DNA of 55,187 nucleotides from the NCBI GenBank assembly GCA_963575745.1, contig CAUYUJ010000178.1, forward strand, positions 62,001 to 117,187, written 5' to 3'. Of the stretch, positions 1-11,445 are shown in pieces; position 1 is the stretch's first letter, and the number at the start of each line of letters is the position of its first letter. The notes below the pieces were generated by a model. It searched no databases and was not told the origin of the DNA. It was given only the letters and a program-made list of their open reading frames with translations. A program made the translations under genes and the position numbers. The stretch is from Prorocentrum cordatum. Its lineage: Eukaryota.

Positions 1-183
1 TCCAACCCTTCGGCCCCAGAGCTCCCGACCCCTTCATTGGGGATAGTTTTTTGTCCCAGGTCCGTCCGTGTTTGGTCGTCCTGGGGCCCAACGAGCCCCA
101 GAGGACGAGACCAAGAGAAACGCCCGGATCGAAAAGTCATATCGTCGAAGATTCGGGTCCAGTGCCGTTCCCACGCATTTTCC

Positions 184-342
184 TTCCGTCGGGCATGTCC
201 CTCTGCAGGAGGAGAATTCAAAGATAGTCCAAAAATAGTCTGGGGACGGTGCTGTCACTATGTTTGACTAGTTTTGAGTTTTTGTTTGCTATTTTTCATT
301 TTTCGTTCAACATCCGCTTGTAGGAGAACATGCCCGACCTGA
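184..342. mobile_element. MITE family A (TIR TTAAGTCGGGC-like, 8-bp TSD), degenerate copy
   Basis: Inverted ends gtcgggcatgt...acatgcccgac. Flanks cattttcc / cactttcc match 7/8. Homologous to 508-654 and 16117-16271. Confidence 0.75.
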
Positions 343-507
343 CACTTTCCGGACCTGGACATCCGACGCCGTGGCTTTCTCGCACCACGGCTCCGCATGA
401 GGTCTGGACCTCTTCCCCAGGGCCGGGCTTTCAACCCGAGCCGTGGTTCGACGGCCTCGGGGCCCGGCCAAGGCCCCCGGAGGCCGAAGAAGAAGTCAAG
501 CCTGGCG

Positions 508-654
508 TTAAGTCGTGCATGTCCCTCTACAGGAGGAATATTCAAAAATAGTCTGGAGACTTTCTTTCACTATGTTTGACTATTTTTGAGTATTGTGTTG
601 ACTGTTTTCATATGTCGTCCAAAATCCGCCCGTAGGAGGACATGCCCGACCTGA
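508..654. mobile_element. MITE family A (8-bp TSD, hAT-like signature)
   Basis: Runs ttaagtcgtgcatgtcc...ggacatgcccgacctga with a perfect 8-bp TSD gcctggcg (500-507 and 655-662). Confidence 0.85.
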
Positions 655-1096
655 GCCTGGCGCCCGAACGGCGCATCGGCAGAGAAAGCATTGCGCGCGT
701 GAGCTGCGTGGGAAGGGCAAGGAGCAGGAGGAAGGGGAAGAAGAGAAGGGGAGAGGAAGAAAGGACGCCCCAAAACGGCAAAAAACTTACCAGCTTGGGA
801 AGTACATCCATATGTTCCTCATGTTTGGCATCACCTGACCTCGACGTCGATCTGAAGGATTTGTTCCAAGTTTCTGAAGGTACGTCCCTAAGATCGTCAT
901 CGCTTTTTGCTTGCCGATCTTAGGGGCAGGCATCAGTTCACAGACATGCGACGTCTTGATTTTCTCAGGACGGCGCCCCTGGAAGTCCTGACCCTTTCCT
1001 TGGGAGCAGTCTTTCGTCCTGCCTCGTTTTCTGACGGCCCCGAGGCCCGGCGAGGGCCCCCCGGGGCTGACAGTAGCCCCAAAAACTCCCGCCCTA

Positions 1097-1146
<50 letters not shown>

Positions 1147-1328
1147 GTTCCGTCGTGCTTGTTCCCACGGCGGGAGCCTGCGCTGCGCCGGGGGCAGCGT
1201 GGCAGAAGTCGCCTCCTGGGCTGCGCGCCGCCTCGCGCAGCTGCCAAAGGTGCCCGACTGAGCCGGCACCTTGCTGGGGCGCCGGCGGCCGCGCCGTTTC
1301 GCCCCCTGTCATCGGCACGAACGAGATG

Positions 1329-1502
1329 CCCTCGCCCTCCATCTTCCGCACCTTCCGCGCGGCGGGTTCCACGCCGCGGCGGCCGCCGCCGCGGCCGCCA
1401 CTGCGGCTTCCGCCGAGGCCGCAGCAGCGGTTTCGGCGGCGGCGGCGTCCGCAGCGGCGCGGCACCCGCCGCGCGGAGGGTGCGGAAGGTGGAGGGCGAG
1501 GG
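1329..1502. repeat. GC-rich imperfect palindrome (hairpin)
   Basis: ccctcgccctccatcttccgcaccttccgcgcggcgggt... pairs with ...acccgccgcgcggagggtgcggaaggtggagggcgaggg. Confidence 0.8.
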
Positions 1503-1523
1503 TGGGCACGGAGAGAATGGGTA

Positions 1524-1687
1524 CACCCCAGGCGATGCTTAAGAAAACCTAAGTTTTCGTCCAGAGTCTCGATTATTCTTAGGTTTTCAATGTAAATCCC
1601 AAGATTTTGATAGAAGTTCTGGGTTTTATGAAATTTCTGAGACTATGAATTTCTTAACCCATGATTTCTTAAGCATTTCGCAGGGTG
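1524..1687. mobile_element. MITE family B (TA TSD, Tc1/mariner-type signature)
   Basis: TA-caccc...atgcttaagaaa / tttcttaagcat...gggtg-TA. It is the reverse complement of the copies at 22603 and 35910. Confidence 0.85.
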
Positions 1688-2364
1688 TACAATGCCCAAC
1701 AGCAGTTCCTGCTCATTTTGAACAGGGCTCGCTGTCCGCGCCGCCGCGGCCCGTGTCCATTGGAAGCAGAAGGGCGCCTGCCCAACAGCGGCCGCTGTCG
1801 ATTTGGGACAACATTTTCTCCCGGATAGCTCCTCAGAGCTAGGAGAGGCTTGTTAGATCAGAAGCCGGAGCCGCAGGGTAGCCCCAGAGATCGTTTCGGC
1901 AGCGGTCCAGGCTCCCCGGCGCAATTTGCTTGAGCCAGAAACCGTCAACAAAACGACTCGGGATGAAGAACTGGTCCCCGGGAAGGGGTCGAGACCTCTG
2001 GGGACCTAGACCCCCGACGTCATGATTTTTTCATGACGTCGACCCCAAAGGTCTGGACCCCTTCCTCGGGTCCGGTGTTTCGTCCTGGGCCGTTTTTGGA
2101 CGGTCCCCAGGCCCGGTAAGGACCTCCAAAGGCCGAAAATATAGAAAAATGTGCCGTCGTGTTTTTCATGACCCGACGGGGCCTGGGGATCGGCGTCATG
2201 CAAAAATCATGACGTCGGGGGTCTGGGTTGAGATCCTGGCGTCTCAACTGGGAGCAAGGAAAGGCGACACCAACACCAGCAGCGAGGGCCCTCAGAGGCC
2301 GAGAGTAGCGAGAAAACCTCCCATGGTGATTTTCTCATGCTTCGAGGGGGGTCTCGCGATCGCA

Positions 2365-3470
2365 AGGACGAGGACGAGGAGGAGGAGGAGGAGGAGGAGG
2401 AGGAGGAGGAGGAGGAGGAGGGGGAAAAGGAGGAGAAGGGGGAGAAGGAAAGGAGGAGGAGAAGGAAAAGGAGGAGGAGAAGGGGGAGGAGGAGGAGGAG
2501 GAGGAGGAGGAGGAGGAGGGAGGAGGAGGAGGAGGACGAGGAGGACGAGGAGGACGAGGAGGACGAGGAGGAGGAGGAGGAGGAGGAGCAGGAGGTGAGG
2601 CACGTGCGAGGAGGAGGAGGCGCAGGAGGAGGAGCAGCAGAAAGGCGCAGCAGGAGGAGCAGGAGGGCGTGATTTTGTTCATGCCTCGAGGGGGTCTCGC
2701 GATCAGAGGGCGTGCGCGCCATGCGCCCCAGGCGGCACAGCTCGTCGCGCCGCTCGGCGCGCCGGTGGCGGCGAGCACGCTCGGGGCCGCCTAGCCGCGA
2801 GAGCCCGCCGGCGGGGCAGCGCGCTATAGGGGGCGGGGCGGGCATCCCAGGGGGGCACGCAGCGGCTCCCCTCCTCCTCCTCCTCCTCCTCCTCCTCCTC
2901 CTCCTCCTCCTCCTCCTCCTCCTCCTCTCCTCCTCCTCTCCTCCCCTCCTCCTCCTCCTCCTCCTCCTCCTCCTCCTCCTCCTCCTCCTCCTCCTCCTCC
3001 TCCTCCTCCTCCTCCTCCTCCTCCTCCTCCTCCTCCTCCTCCTCCTCCTCCTCCTCCTCCTCCTCCTCCTCTCCCACCTTGGAGGGGTGTGCCTCGCGCT
3101 GCCCCCGACTGGCACCTCCTCGCGAGGACGGGGACTGGGCTCCTGGGCTCCTCTCCTGCGGCCGCGAGCGGCAGCCCGACGGCCCAAACCCCAGCCAAGG
3201 AACGTGCTGAGGAGGAGGAAGGAGGAGGAGGAGGAGGAGGAGGAGGAGGAGCTATTAGCTAGGAGGTAGGAGCTAGGAGCCATGAGCTAGGAGGAGGAGG
3301 AGGAGGAGGAGGAGGAGGAGGGGGAGGAGGAGGAGGAGGAGGAAGGAGGAGGATGAGGAGGAGCTAGGAAGAGGAGGAACTAGGCGCTAGGAGCTAGGAG
3401 CTAGGAGCTAGGAGCTAGGAGCTAGGAGGAGGAGGAGGAGGAGGAGGAGGAGGAGGAGGAGGAGGAGGAG
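2365..3470. repeat. Cluster of (GAG)n / (CTC)n microsatellites plus (GGAGCTA)n
   Basis: GAG tract ~2365-2665, CTC tract ~2870-3073, GAG and GGAGCTA tract ~3210-3470. Confidence 0.95.
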
Positions 3471-3602
3471 GTGTTCTGACAGGGGGGGGCGGCCCACCCC
3501 GCTCAGGAAGGTGCTGGTCCCTGAGATCCGACGGCGCGAAGAACTGGAAGCATCGTGAAGATCGCGGCCAGAGCCCTGGACCCCGTCTTTCTGCGCGCCA
3601 TT

Positions 3603-3789
3603 CCCAGACCCCCTCGAGGCATGACAAAAATCACGACGGGCGTTTGTGTCGTTGTTTTCTGCCTCTGAGGACCATCACCGGGCCTCGGGACCGTCAAACA
3701 GCGACTCGGGATGGAAAACCGGTCCCAGGGAAAGGGTCGAGACATCTGGGGTTCGACGTCATGAAAAAATATGACGTCGGGGGTCTGGG
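3603..3789. mobile_element. MITE family C (TIR CCCAGAC...GTCTGGG), 2-bp TSD tt
   Basis: tt-cccagac...gtctggg-tt. It carries the internal core gggcctcgggaccgtc...gactcgggatg...ccggtccc that is shared by roughly 30 full or partial copies in the window. Confidence 0.85.
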
Positions 3790-4454
3790 TTTTCCGAGCC
3801 AGATCGTTCTGAGAGCATCCCAGGGCCCGAAACCAGGCGAAACCGCCCCGCTCGGAAAAAAACTTGAGACGCCAGGATCTCAGCCCAGACCCCCCACCTC
3901 ATGGCTTTTTCATGTCGTCGATCCCCAGAGGTCTCGACCATTTCCCTGGGACCGGTTTTTCATCCCGAGCCGTTTTGTTGACGGCCCCGAGGCCCGGTGA
4001 GGGCCCTCAGAGGCCGAAAATAGCGAGAAACCTTCCGTCGTGATTTTTGTCGTGACTCGAGGGGCTATCGCGATCGGGGGCCCGTCGCCGATCTACCGGC
4101 GAGGCCTCTCGCTGGCGCCAGGACGATGCTGCCCCGTGGGAGCGGCCCCGCCCCGTTCGGCGGGCCCTGGGCCCCGCGCCGCGGGCCGAGACCTCCGACG
4201 GCATGTGCTTGTTGTTGTCGGCCGGGGCGCTCGTCCTCGAGCTCGGTCTTCTCCTCCTCCGCCGCCTCCGCCTCCGCCGCCGCCGCCGCCGCCTCCGCCT
4301 CCGCCTCCGCCTCCGCCTCCGCCGTTCCGGCGCAGGTTTGCGCTTGCTGCAGCTGGATTCAGAACGGCGACGCTGCAGCGAGCCTTTTGGCTTGTTCACG
4401 AGATCGCCTCCGACTGGAGGCAGAGGAGTAACCAACGACCAAGGCGCCGCCGCC

Positions 4455-4844
4455 ATGGCGCCTTCCCCGCCTCCTCCTGCGGTGCTCCGTGGGCCGAGGC
4501 GGCCAACATGGGGTTGCGGACGATGTGCTGCCTCGGCGAACTGGGCATCGCGGGTCCGCTGCCAGTGCGGGAATGAAGCTCCGATGCGGATCAGGAAGCT
4601 CGCCTGGGAACATCACTATGCGATCGTCAACGGCGAGTCCCCCGCAGAAGGGCAACAAGAAGGATAGGAATGCCAAAAGTGATGCGACATCCAAGAAGTT
4701 GGCTGAGCTGGAGAAGATGCTGCGGACACTTACCGTCGGGAGAAGCCCGAACCCTGCCAAGCCGCCGCCGTGGAGTGCTCCACCACCAGCAGCGTCAGCC
4801 AACAAGGAACCGATCACTGATGATGATGATGATGATGATGATGC

Positions 4845-4877
<33 letters not shown>

Positions 4878-5600
4878 CAAAACCAAGCGCGAGAAGCTGG
4901 CGGTGCAGCTGTCGACGTACGAAAGCATCCTCAAGAACCTTCCTGGCAACGATCCAGATGATCCTGTCAGGCAGGCCACCAACGAGAAGGTGCGTGATAT
5001 CAAGGAACGGCAGAAGTCCTTACGCACGCCTGAGATTGCCTACCGCAGGGTTGCTCAGGACCTGCACAAGGCCAAGATTCAAAGGGACCGCCTCGAGAAG
5101 GAGCTTGCTGACAAAGAGAAGCAACTCAAGGAGCTCCAAGAGTCGGTCGAAGCGCGCAGGACCCACCTGGCAGCAAAGCAGGCTGAGGTCACAGCGCTCG
5201 AGGCGGAGCACAAGCAGTCGGCGGCCGCGATCGCAGCTGACAAGGGCGCCGACGCCATGGAGACCGAGTTCAACATCTCCGTCTCTGCTGAGGATGTGCA
5301 GACGGAAGAGCTCAAGACCTTCCTCGACTCTGACATGTGGTCAACACTCAAGGAGGTCATCATGCAGAAGATCAAGGCAGGCGCGGCCGCTACACAGAAG
5401 GGCCCTACTGTTACCCCCGCTGATCATGATGAAGTGCCTCCTGACTCTCATGGTGCTCGTGCATCCGACTCCGTCTACAAGAGAGCATGCGACGAGCTAT
5501 CTGAAGCAGAGCTCAAGGATCTCTTTGAGCATGGCAAAGCCAATGATTTTTCCAGCTTTCAAAGGGGCCTTCAGGGAGCTTGCGAAGAAGCAGCGTTGTT
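4455..5600 (+). pseudogene. LINE ORF1 (N-terminal RanBP2-type Zn finger, poly-Asp, coiled coil), frameshifted near 4640
   Basis: ATG at 4455 in gccgccATGg context. WGCGRCAASANWASRVRCQCG at 4509-4571, then a frame change into the heptad-rich ORF 4489-6258. The 3' boundary is approximate. Confidence 0.7.
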
Positions 5601-5724
5601 CCTTATGCCCCCCGTGCAATGGACGTCTGAGCTGGGGCAGAGAGGATACGCACCTATTCGCGTCTCTGGATTGCCGATTGCCCAGGGAAAGACGAAGCTG
5701 CCACATCACGATCCGAATCCTGGG

Positions 5725-8700
5725 CACTACGTCGTGGAGTGCTACAACGGCAACGGCGGCAAGCAGACGGTGAAAGAGAAGATTCAGAAGTCCTCCGCAC
5801 ACATCCTCCTGCTGCAGGAAATAGGGTTTTGCGAAGGCGAGCTGGAATCTATGTTCTCATGGACGCATGCTCGAGGATGGAAGATGATGGCAGTTCCCAG
5901 TCGTCCCAGTCGAGCAAGCTCAGTTCGCAACTCCTGCTCTGCTGGAGTTGCCGCTTTGGTTCGCAATGACCTTGGGCTCAGGGCACCAGTTCACCATGAC
6001 CACGTGGTTTTCCCTCATCGCTGCCAGCACGTGATTATCGATATGCCAGGCTGGCCGCCTTTGCATGTGATCAATGCATACCTCAAGGATGGCATCGGCG
6101 TGACGGGGGTAAACAGCGATATTCTTTCTCGTATGGGACTTCTATTTGCTCAGATCCATGTTCCTTTCGTTGCTGGTGCTGACTGGAACATGTCTGTGAC
6201 TGAACTCGAGAGCTCAGGTTTCCCAAAACTGGCCAACATCACCATGGCAGTACCGTAGCAGGTTACATGCCGTGGTGGAACAGGAGCGTCGACCATCGAC
6301 TATTTCGCGTTGAACGATGCTGCGCTGCGAGGTTTTCAGGGCGTGGAGGCCGACATGCGTTGGAGCAAGCGTCCTCACCGACCAGCGTTGCTCAAATTAC
6401 TCGACCACGGGCAGAAGATTCGGCATTTCATATACACGGTCACGCCTGCTCTTCCTGTTGAACGTATTACAGGGCCGCTTCGTGAGGGCCCGACATGGTC
6501 CACACACTGCATCTTGGCGAACACGTGCTTGGACATGGCTCTTGATGAGCACAGTGATGTTGCGGTGGCCTGGGCGCTTCCATCGAGACTGTGGGGACAG
6601 TTCGCGGTCACTGCCGCGATGGAGGTTGCCCATGCGACAGGATGCGATCTAGTGCAAGCAGGTTGTTTTGGGCGCAATTTACACCCGAGGTGGGCAGATG
6701 CAAGCTACCAGGAGAAGCCTGATTTGACGGCTCAAGCGGTGGCTGATGGGTGGCAGTGGTTATCAACAAGTCTAACTACGATTACTCAGCTTTTCAGAGG
6801 AACCCAGCACCTGGAGCAATGTTCTGAAGAGATCGATAATTTCCTTGCCACTCCTTACAGTGGCCAACGGCTAAGCGGAAGATTGGACGCATCGGTTTCG
6901 CAGGCTCGAACGATGGTTGCATGCACACCGATGGATGTAGACGACATCATCCAGTTCGTCGAAGAGATCGCAGATGACGTCGATTTCGCCAGTAAAGCTA
7001 AGATGCGAGATATTACGGAGGCATGGGAATGCCGGTGTATCGAAGCTGCTGCCGAGGGCGCCAGGGCCCTTCATCGGGTGACGAAGGTGCGCAAGATACC
7101 TGTTCCAGCCGTATCGCAAGGTGAAGTTGTCTCGGGCGACCCACGAGACATCGTTCAAGGTGAAGTTGATGCATACCGCAGACTCTGGAAGGCGACCGAC
7201 ACGGCACCTCTCGCATGGATACCAGATCGCACCACATGCCCGAGGCTGTCGCCAGACCAGATCCGAAAAGTTGTGATGACATTCCCCAACGGAACGGCCT
7301 CTTCCTTTGATCATTTTCACCCGCGACATGCCCTGCTCTTGGGAGACTCTGGTTTGGAGGTTCTCAGTTGCATCTGGATGGTACCGGAGGCCATCGGAAT
7401 GCTGCCCAAGCAACTATGCTGGATTCAGATGCCGATGTTAGGCAAGCCCGCCGGAGGCAATCGCTTGATCATCTTGCATGCTGGCATGCACAGGGTCTGG
7501 CAGCGAGCCAGGCGCAGCATGGTCTCTGGAGTGGTAGACAGTTTGGACCGAAAGTTCTGGGGAGCGTCCAGGGGCAGATCAGCAATCGACTGTGCATGGC
7601 TTCAAGCAGCACGAGCTGAAGCCAACCAGGCAGACTCCCTTCACTCAGCATTATGGGTCATCGAGTGGTCCAAGTATTACGAGTCGATTCCATTGCCGTT
7701 GTTGCGTGTGAAGTGTATTCGTGTGGGGGTCCCGACATGTTGGCTCAAGCTGGTGTGCAACACCTGGAGAGCGCCACGAATCATTCGCTGCGGCCGCCAT
7801 CACGCACTGGTCCCACTGTATGCTGAGCACGGTCTTCCAGCTGGAGATAGATGGATTTGCGGATTTTGCGATAAAGATACGTTCAGTGGTGGAAATGGAT
7901 GCCTTTCTCCATCGCTGTCCCACTGTCACCATGCTGGACTACATTGATGACACGGCCATCGGAAATGCCTCGTCCTCGTTCGACATTGCGAAAGGGGTCG
8001 CAGCGCAGTCGTTCACGGAGTTTCGTGACATGCCCAAGTCCACCAATGCCACGCCCAACGTAGACAAGGTAGCGCTCATAGCCTCGTCGAAGGAGCTCGG
8101 CAGGGCCATCTGCCAGGAGGTATGGGTCGGCTTGGACGTGATCAAGGACAGCGTCGCGTACCTGGGGGTGGACGAGACGGCAGGTCTCAAGAGATCCGCT
8201 CGTGGAGCAAGGCCGACACAAAAGAGTAGATTTGCAGCTGCACGTCTGAGGCTTAGGAAAGTCAAGCGTTTTAGACGAGTTGCTCGAGGAGGTGAAAAGG
8301 AGGCCCCGTTCGCCAAAGTCTTTGGAGCTGGGGTTTCACCAGCCAGCAGTTTTGGAGCCGAGGTTACTGGTTTGAGCCTCAGCGAATGGAAGTCCCACCA
8401 GAGACTGCAGGGCTGCGCTTTTTCGCCTGCCCACGGAGGGGTGTCTCTGTCGGCGAAGCTAGTCCTGTTAGGGGACCACAGTTTCAAAATCGCAGTCGCC
8501 CCAGCATTGCAGCGGTGTAGAATGATCTGGTTTGCGACGACACAGCCCCTGAGAGCGCTAGCCAGTCGTGGTGAGTTGTTGCGTCTCTGGGACGCGGCGA
8601 GGCCTCTGGAGGCTGGTCCGCGGTGCGCCTCGAGGGGGGCCTTTGGCTCGCGCGGTGCTAGTGCTCTCAAGGGCGGGTTGGGAGGCCAGGGGCCCACTTG

Positions 8701-10259
8701 AGTGGTGCGATCACAATGGACTGCAGGTCCTAGTGGATCAAACCCCGCCCGCCCTCCTAGCCGAGCAGCTTGCGATGGGAATGCAGCGAGAACATGAGAT
8801 GATATTAGCCAGTAGTTTAGGTCATCCCCCAGGGCAAAGGGCCACCCTGGATCTGATTAGATCTCGCGTGGGGCCGAAGGCTCGGGGGTTAAGCAAGAAA
8901 GCCAAGCTTTTGATTCGGAGCTGTGCATGCAATGGAGTGTGGACCAACGAGAGAGGTTGTCGTGCGGGTTACGCCACCGACGGTCGTTGTTCCTGCGGTC
9001 AGGTCGACACACCCCATCACAGACTCTATGAGTGCACCCGTGAGGACGTGGCCCGAGCTAGAGAAGAGGCTGAAGTCCCAAGGGAGTTCATGGAAGCGGC
9101 TCGTGCAGAGCCCGACCTGGAGATTGTCACCAGGGGCATTGTTGTTTATCCTGACAGCGAGCTGCCAAAACCTTCTGTTTCGTCGGAGGTCGAGATTTTT
9201 GACGTTTCTGGAAGCCCGCTGTCTTTGGAACCTGAAAGGATTTCCGAGTTGTCGGGGGAGGAGATTTTAAGACTTGCCTCGGGCGGCTTATGCTCGAAGC
9301 CTCCGATCCGCGCGCTCCAGCGAGCGTCGTGGGCCATTGCAGTGCTGCCTGCAAGCGGGGATCAGCCCGAGCCCGTTGCTGCAATGCGTGGCGTGGTCCA
9401 CGGTACCTTTCCCCAGACGCCAGCTATGGCGGAGCACGTTGCCATCGCGCTGTGCGGTCAGGTGGCGAACAGGCGAACTGTTCTTGCTGCCGACTGCACG
9501 TCGGCCATACGGATTGCGCAGAGCAGTGTTGAAAAGCAGTTGCAAGCATCTTCGAAGTTTGCAGGCATCCGGCTTTTTGCTCAGTCACTGGAAGGTACGA
9601 TTTTCATCTAACGAATTCGCCATGTTAAAGCACACCGATCCAGTCAGGAGATCGAAGCTCTGGAAATGACGGAGCGTGAATATGCAGTTGCTAATGCCGT
9701 TGTCGATCACCATGCGAAGATGGCATTGTCAGTTGATCCTTCAGCTGATCCTCTTTTCCTTCAGGCTGTGTCGCTCGCTGAGGAGCGCGTGAATCACTTC
9801 GTCAAGCTTGCCTCTCTTGTGCCTCCTTTGTTCGAAGCGTCGCCGAGGTGGACGCGCGCCGCCCCGCGCCGCAGGAACACATCCTCGGCGAGGCAGCAGT
9901 ATCATGACTGGCACAATTATCCCACCCTCGGCTACCAGCGCAGGAGATGCCTTAAATTGGGAGGAGATGACCAGTCGCAGTTGGAGCTGAACGGATGCAT
10001 AGGCGTCCCAGTCGGCATCAGAAGGCTTCTCAAGGACCCCATGGGCCACATCGTCGCGACGGCTGGGACGCGGTTTGATCAACTGGCCTCCTCGGCGATC
10101 GTGAAAGCGAATGCCCCTGAGAAGCGATGCTGGATTTGTATGCGTTGTGGAGCCTGGTCCCAGGGCCGCGCCGTTAAGCTGGCGAAACCCTGCATAAGGC
10201 CAGACGAGAAGCCCATTAAGAAAGGTCAGGAGGTTTTTAAGGCGTTATTACAAGGGTAA
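5725..10259 (+). pseudogene. LINE ORF2 polyprotein (APE endonuclease, reverse transcriptase, CCHC finger, RNase H, C-terminal Cys motif), disrupted
   Basis: In-frame TAG at 6256-6258 inside APE, frameshifts near 7855 and 8635, and in-frame TAA at 9609-9611 inside RNase H. The first RNase H Asp appears replaced (ASGG). C-terminal motif CWICMRCG...PC. Confidence 0.88.
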
Positions 10260-10548
10260 GCCGCCGAACCGTCGAGTACGGGTGCTCTTGGGACGTAGCT
10301 TTGGCCTCCCCTCGCTCGCCTCCTCGGTCGAGTCGGCCCCCTCGGTGAGCATGCCTGACTTTACGGTGGTGCCAGTTGCTTTCTCGGCCTCCAGGGAAGT
10401 ACCCACTTACGAGCAAAGAATGGCGGCCCTGTTGGACCGAATACGTACGAAGGAAGCCAGACAAGCTGGCTAGTCTCTCTGATTTGTTCAGACCTTAATG
10501 CTGTGCACTCCCCCTTTCGAGGGCATCCCATTCCATTTCATTTCATTC

Positions 10549-10845
10549 CGCCTCCCCCTCCTCCGCCTCCGCCTCCGCCTCCTCCTCCTCCTCTCCTCCT
10601 CCTCCTCCGCCTCCTCCTCCTCCTCCTCGTCCTCCTCCTCCTCCTCCTCCTCCTCCTCCTCCTCCTCCTCCTCCTCCTCCTCCGCCTCCGCCTCCTCCTC
10701 CGCCTCCTCTTCCTCCTCCCCGCCTCCTCCTCCTCCTCCGCCTCCTCCTCCTCCTCCTCGTCCTCCTCCTCGTCCGCCTCCTCCTCCGCCTCCTCCTCCT
10801 CCGCCGCCCCCTCATCCTCATGCTTATCCTCCTCCCCCTCCTCCG
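10549..10845. repeat. (CCT)n/(CCGCCT)n microsatellite flanking the LINE 3' end
   Basis: Read directly. A matching CCGCCT tract lies at 4250-4323 on the LINE 5' side. Confidence 0.95.
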
Positions 10846-11273
10846 ATCGACTAGACATAAGAGTGACATTTCGCCGGAGTGGCCTTTGATGCGGACCTAG
10901 TGGCGCCCCCCGATCGCTTAACGCGAAGCGGTAGCAGCGGCTTGCGCGCCCAGGTTTGGCCACCCCGCATCCCCCGTTGAGTCGCGCACCACAGATCATT
11001 CTTGCCAAGGGTCACTCTTACTCTTACGTGTAGCCGGACAGATCGGTGCGGTTCGAAACATGGCGCAGAAGGATGAGGTCTAAGGCTCTGGTCGCGATTT
11101 CCTGACATGTTTCAATAGTTCGCGCCGTCGGATCTCCGGGTCTGGGGCCCAACATCGGGCCCCAGGACCATCAACAGTGGGCCCAGGACGAAGAATTTCC
11201 CCGGGGAAAGCGGTCGGGACCTCCGGGGCCGCGGATTGAAAAAATCAGATCGGCAGATGTCTGGGGGAGGGCT

Positions 11274-11445
11274 ACAGTGGAGGCCCATGCCTAGAAACAC
11301 CCTGCTTGCCTCGAGGGTGCCTTGGTTTTCTTGGATTTCGATGGTTCTGCGATGGAGAGCGCAACACTCCCACGCCAAAACTTAATGGACGTCCTGGGGT
11401 CTCAGGGTGGGGGTTTTTGTGGAAGGTTTCTTGTGGACTGGCCCC
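11274..11445 (+). mobile_element. MITE family D (CAGTGG... terminus, TA flank), 3' end disrupted
   Basis: Starts ta-cagtggaggcccatgcc. Homologous to 32781-32957, 48233-48408 and 51537-51712. Confidence 0.7.

Larger units (their letters stand above)
4324..10548 (+). mobile_element. Near-full-length, inactivated non-LTR retrotransposon (LINE; APE-RT-ZnF-RNase H)
   Basis: APE motifs YNGNG, LLLQE, INAY, GADWN and TIDY. RT motifs LGKPAGGNRLI, SKYYESI, HGLPAG and YIDD (7940-7951), then YLG. CCHC finger CSCGQVDTPHHRLYEC (8988-9035). RNase H motifs QTPAMAE, ADC, VKAH and NAVVDHHAK. 3' (CATTY)4 tail at 10529-10548. Confidence 0.93.

Noticed and set aside
3385..3425. (GGAGCTA)n as a telomeric repeat
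   Set aside because: It does not match TTTAGGG or TTAGGG, and it is short and embedded in GAG tracts.
4188..4220. ETSDGMCLLLS as an upstream CNBD exon (also DVVVGAKRLG near 16075 and RSRTAT near 17584)
   Set aside because: The motifs are suggestive and collinear, but I could not find consistent splice phases or the linking FGE exon.
4381..4393. agccttttggctt in the LINE 5' UTR as a spliced-leader relic
   Set aside because: It is only a partial match, lacks the terminal CAAG and needs an indel, so it could be chance.
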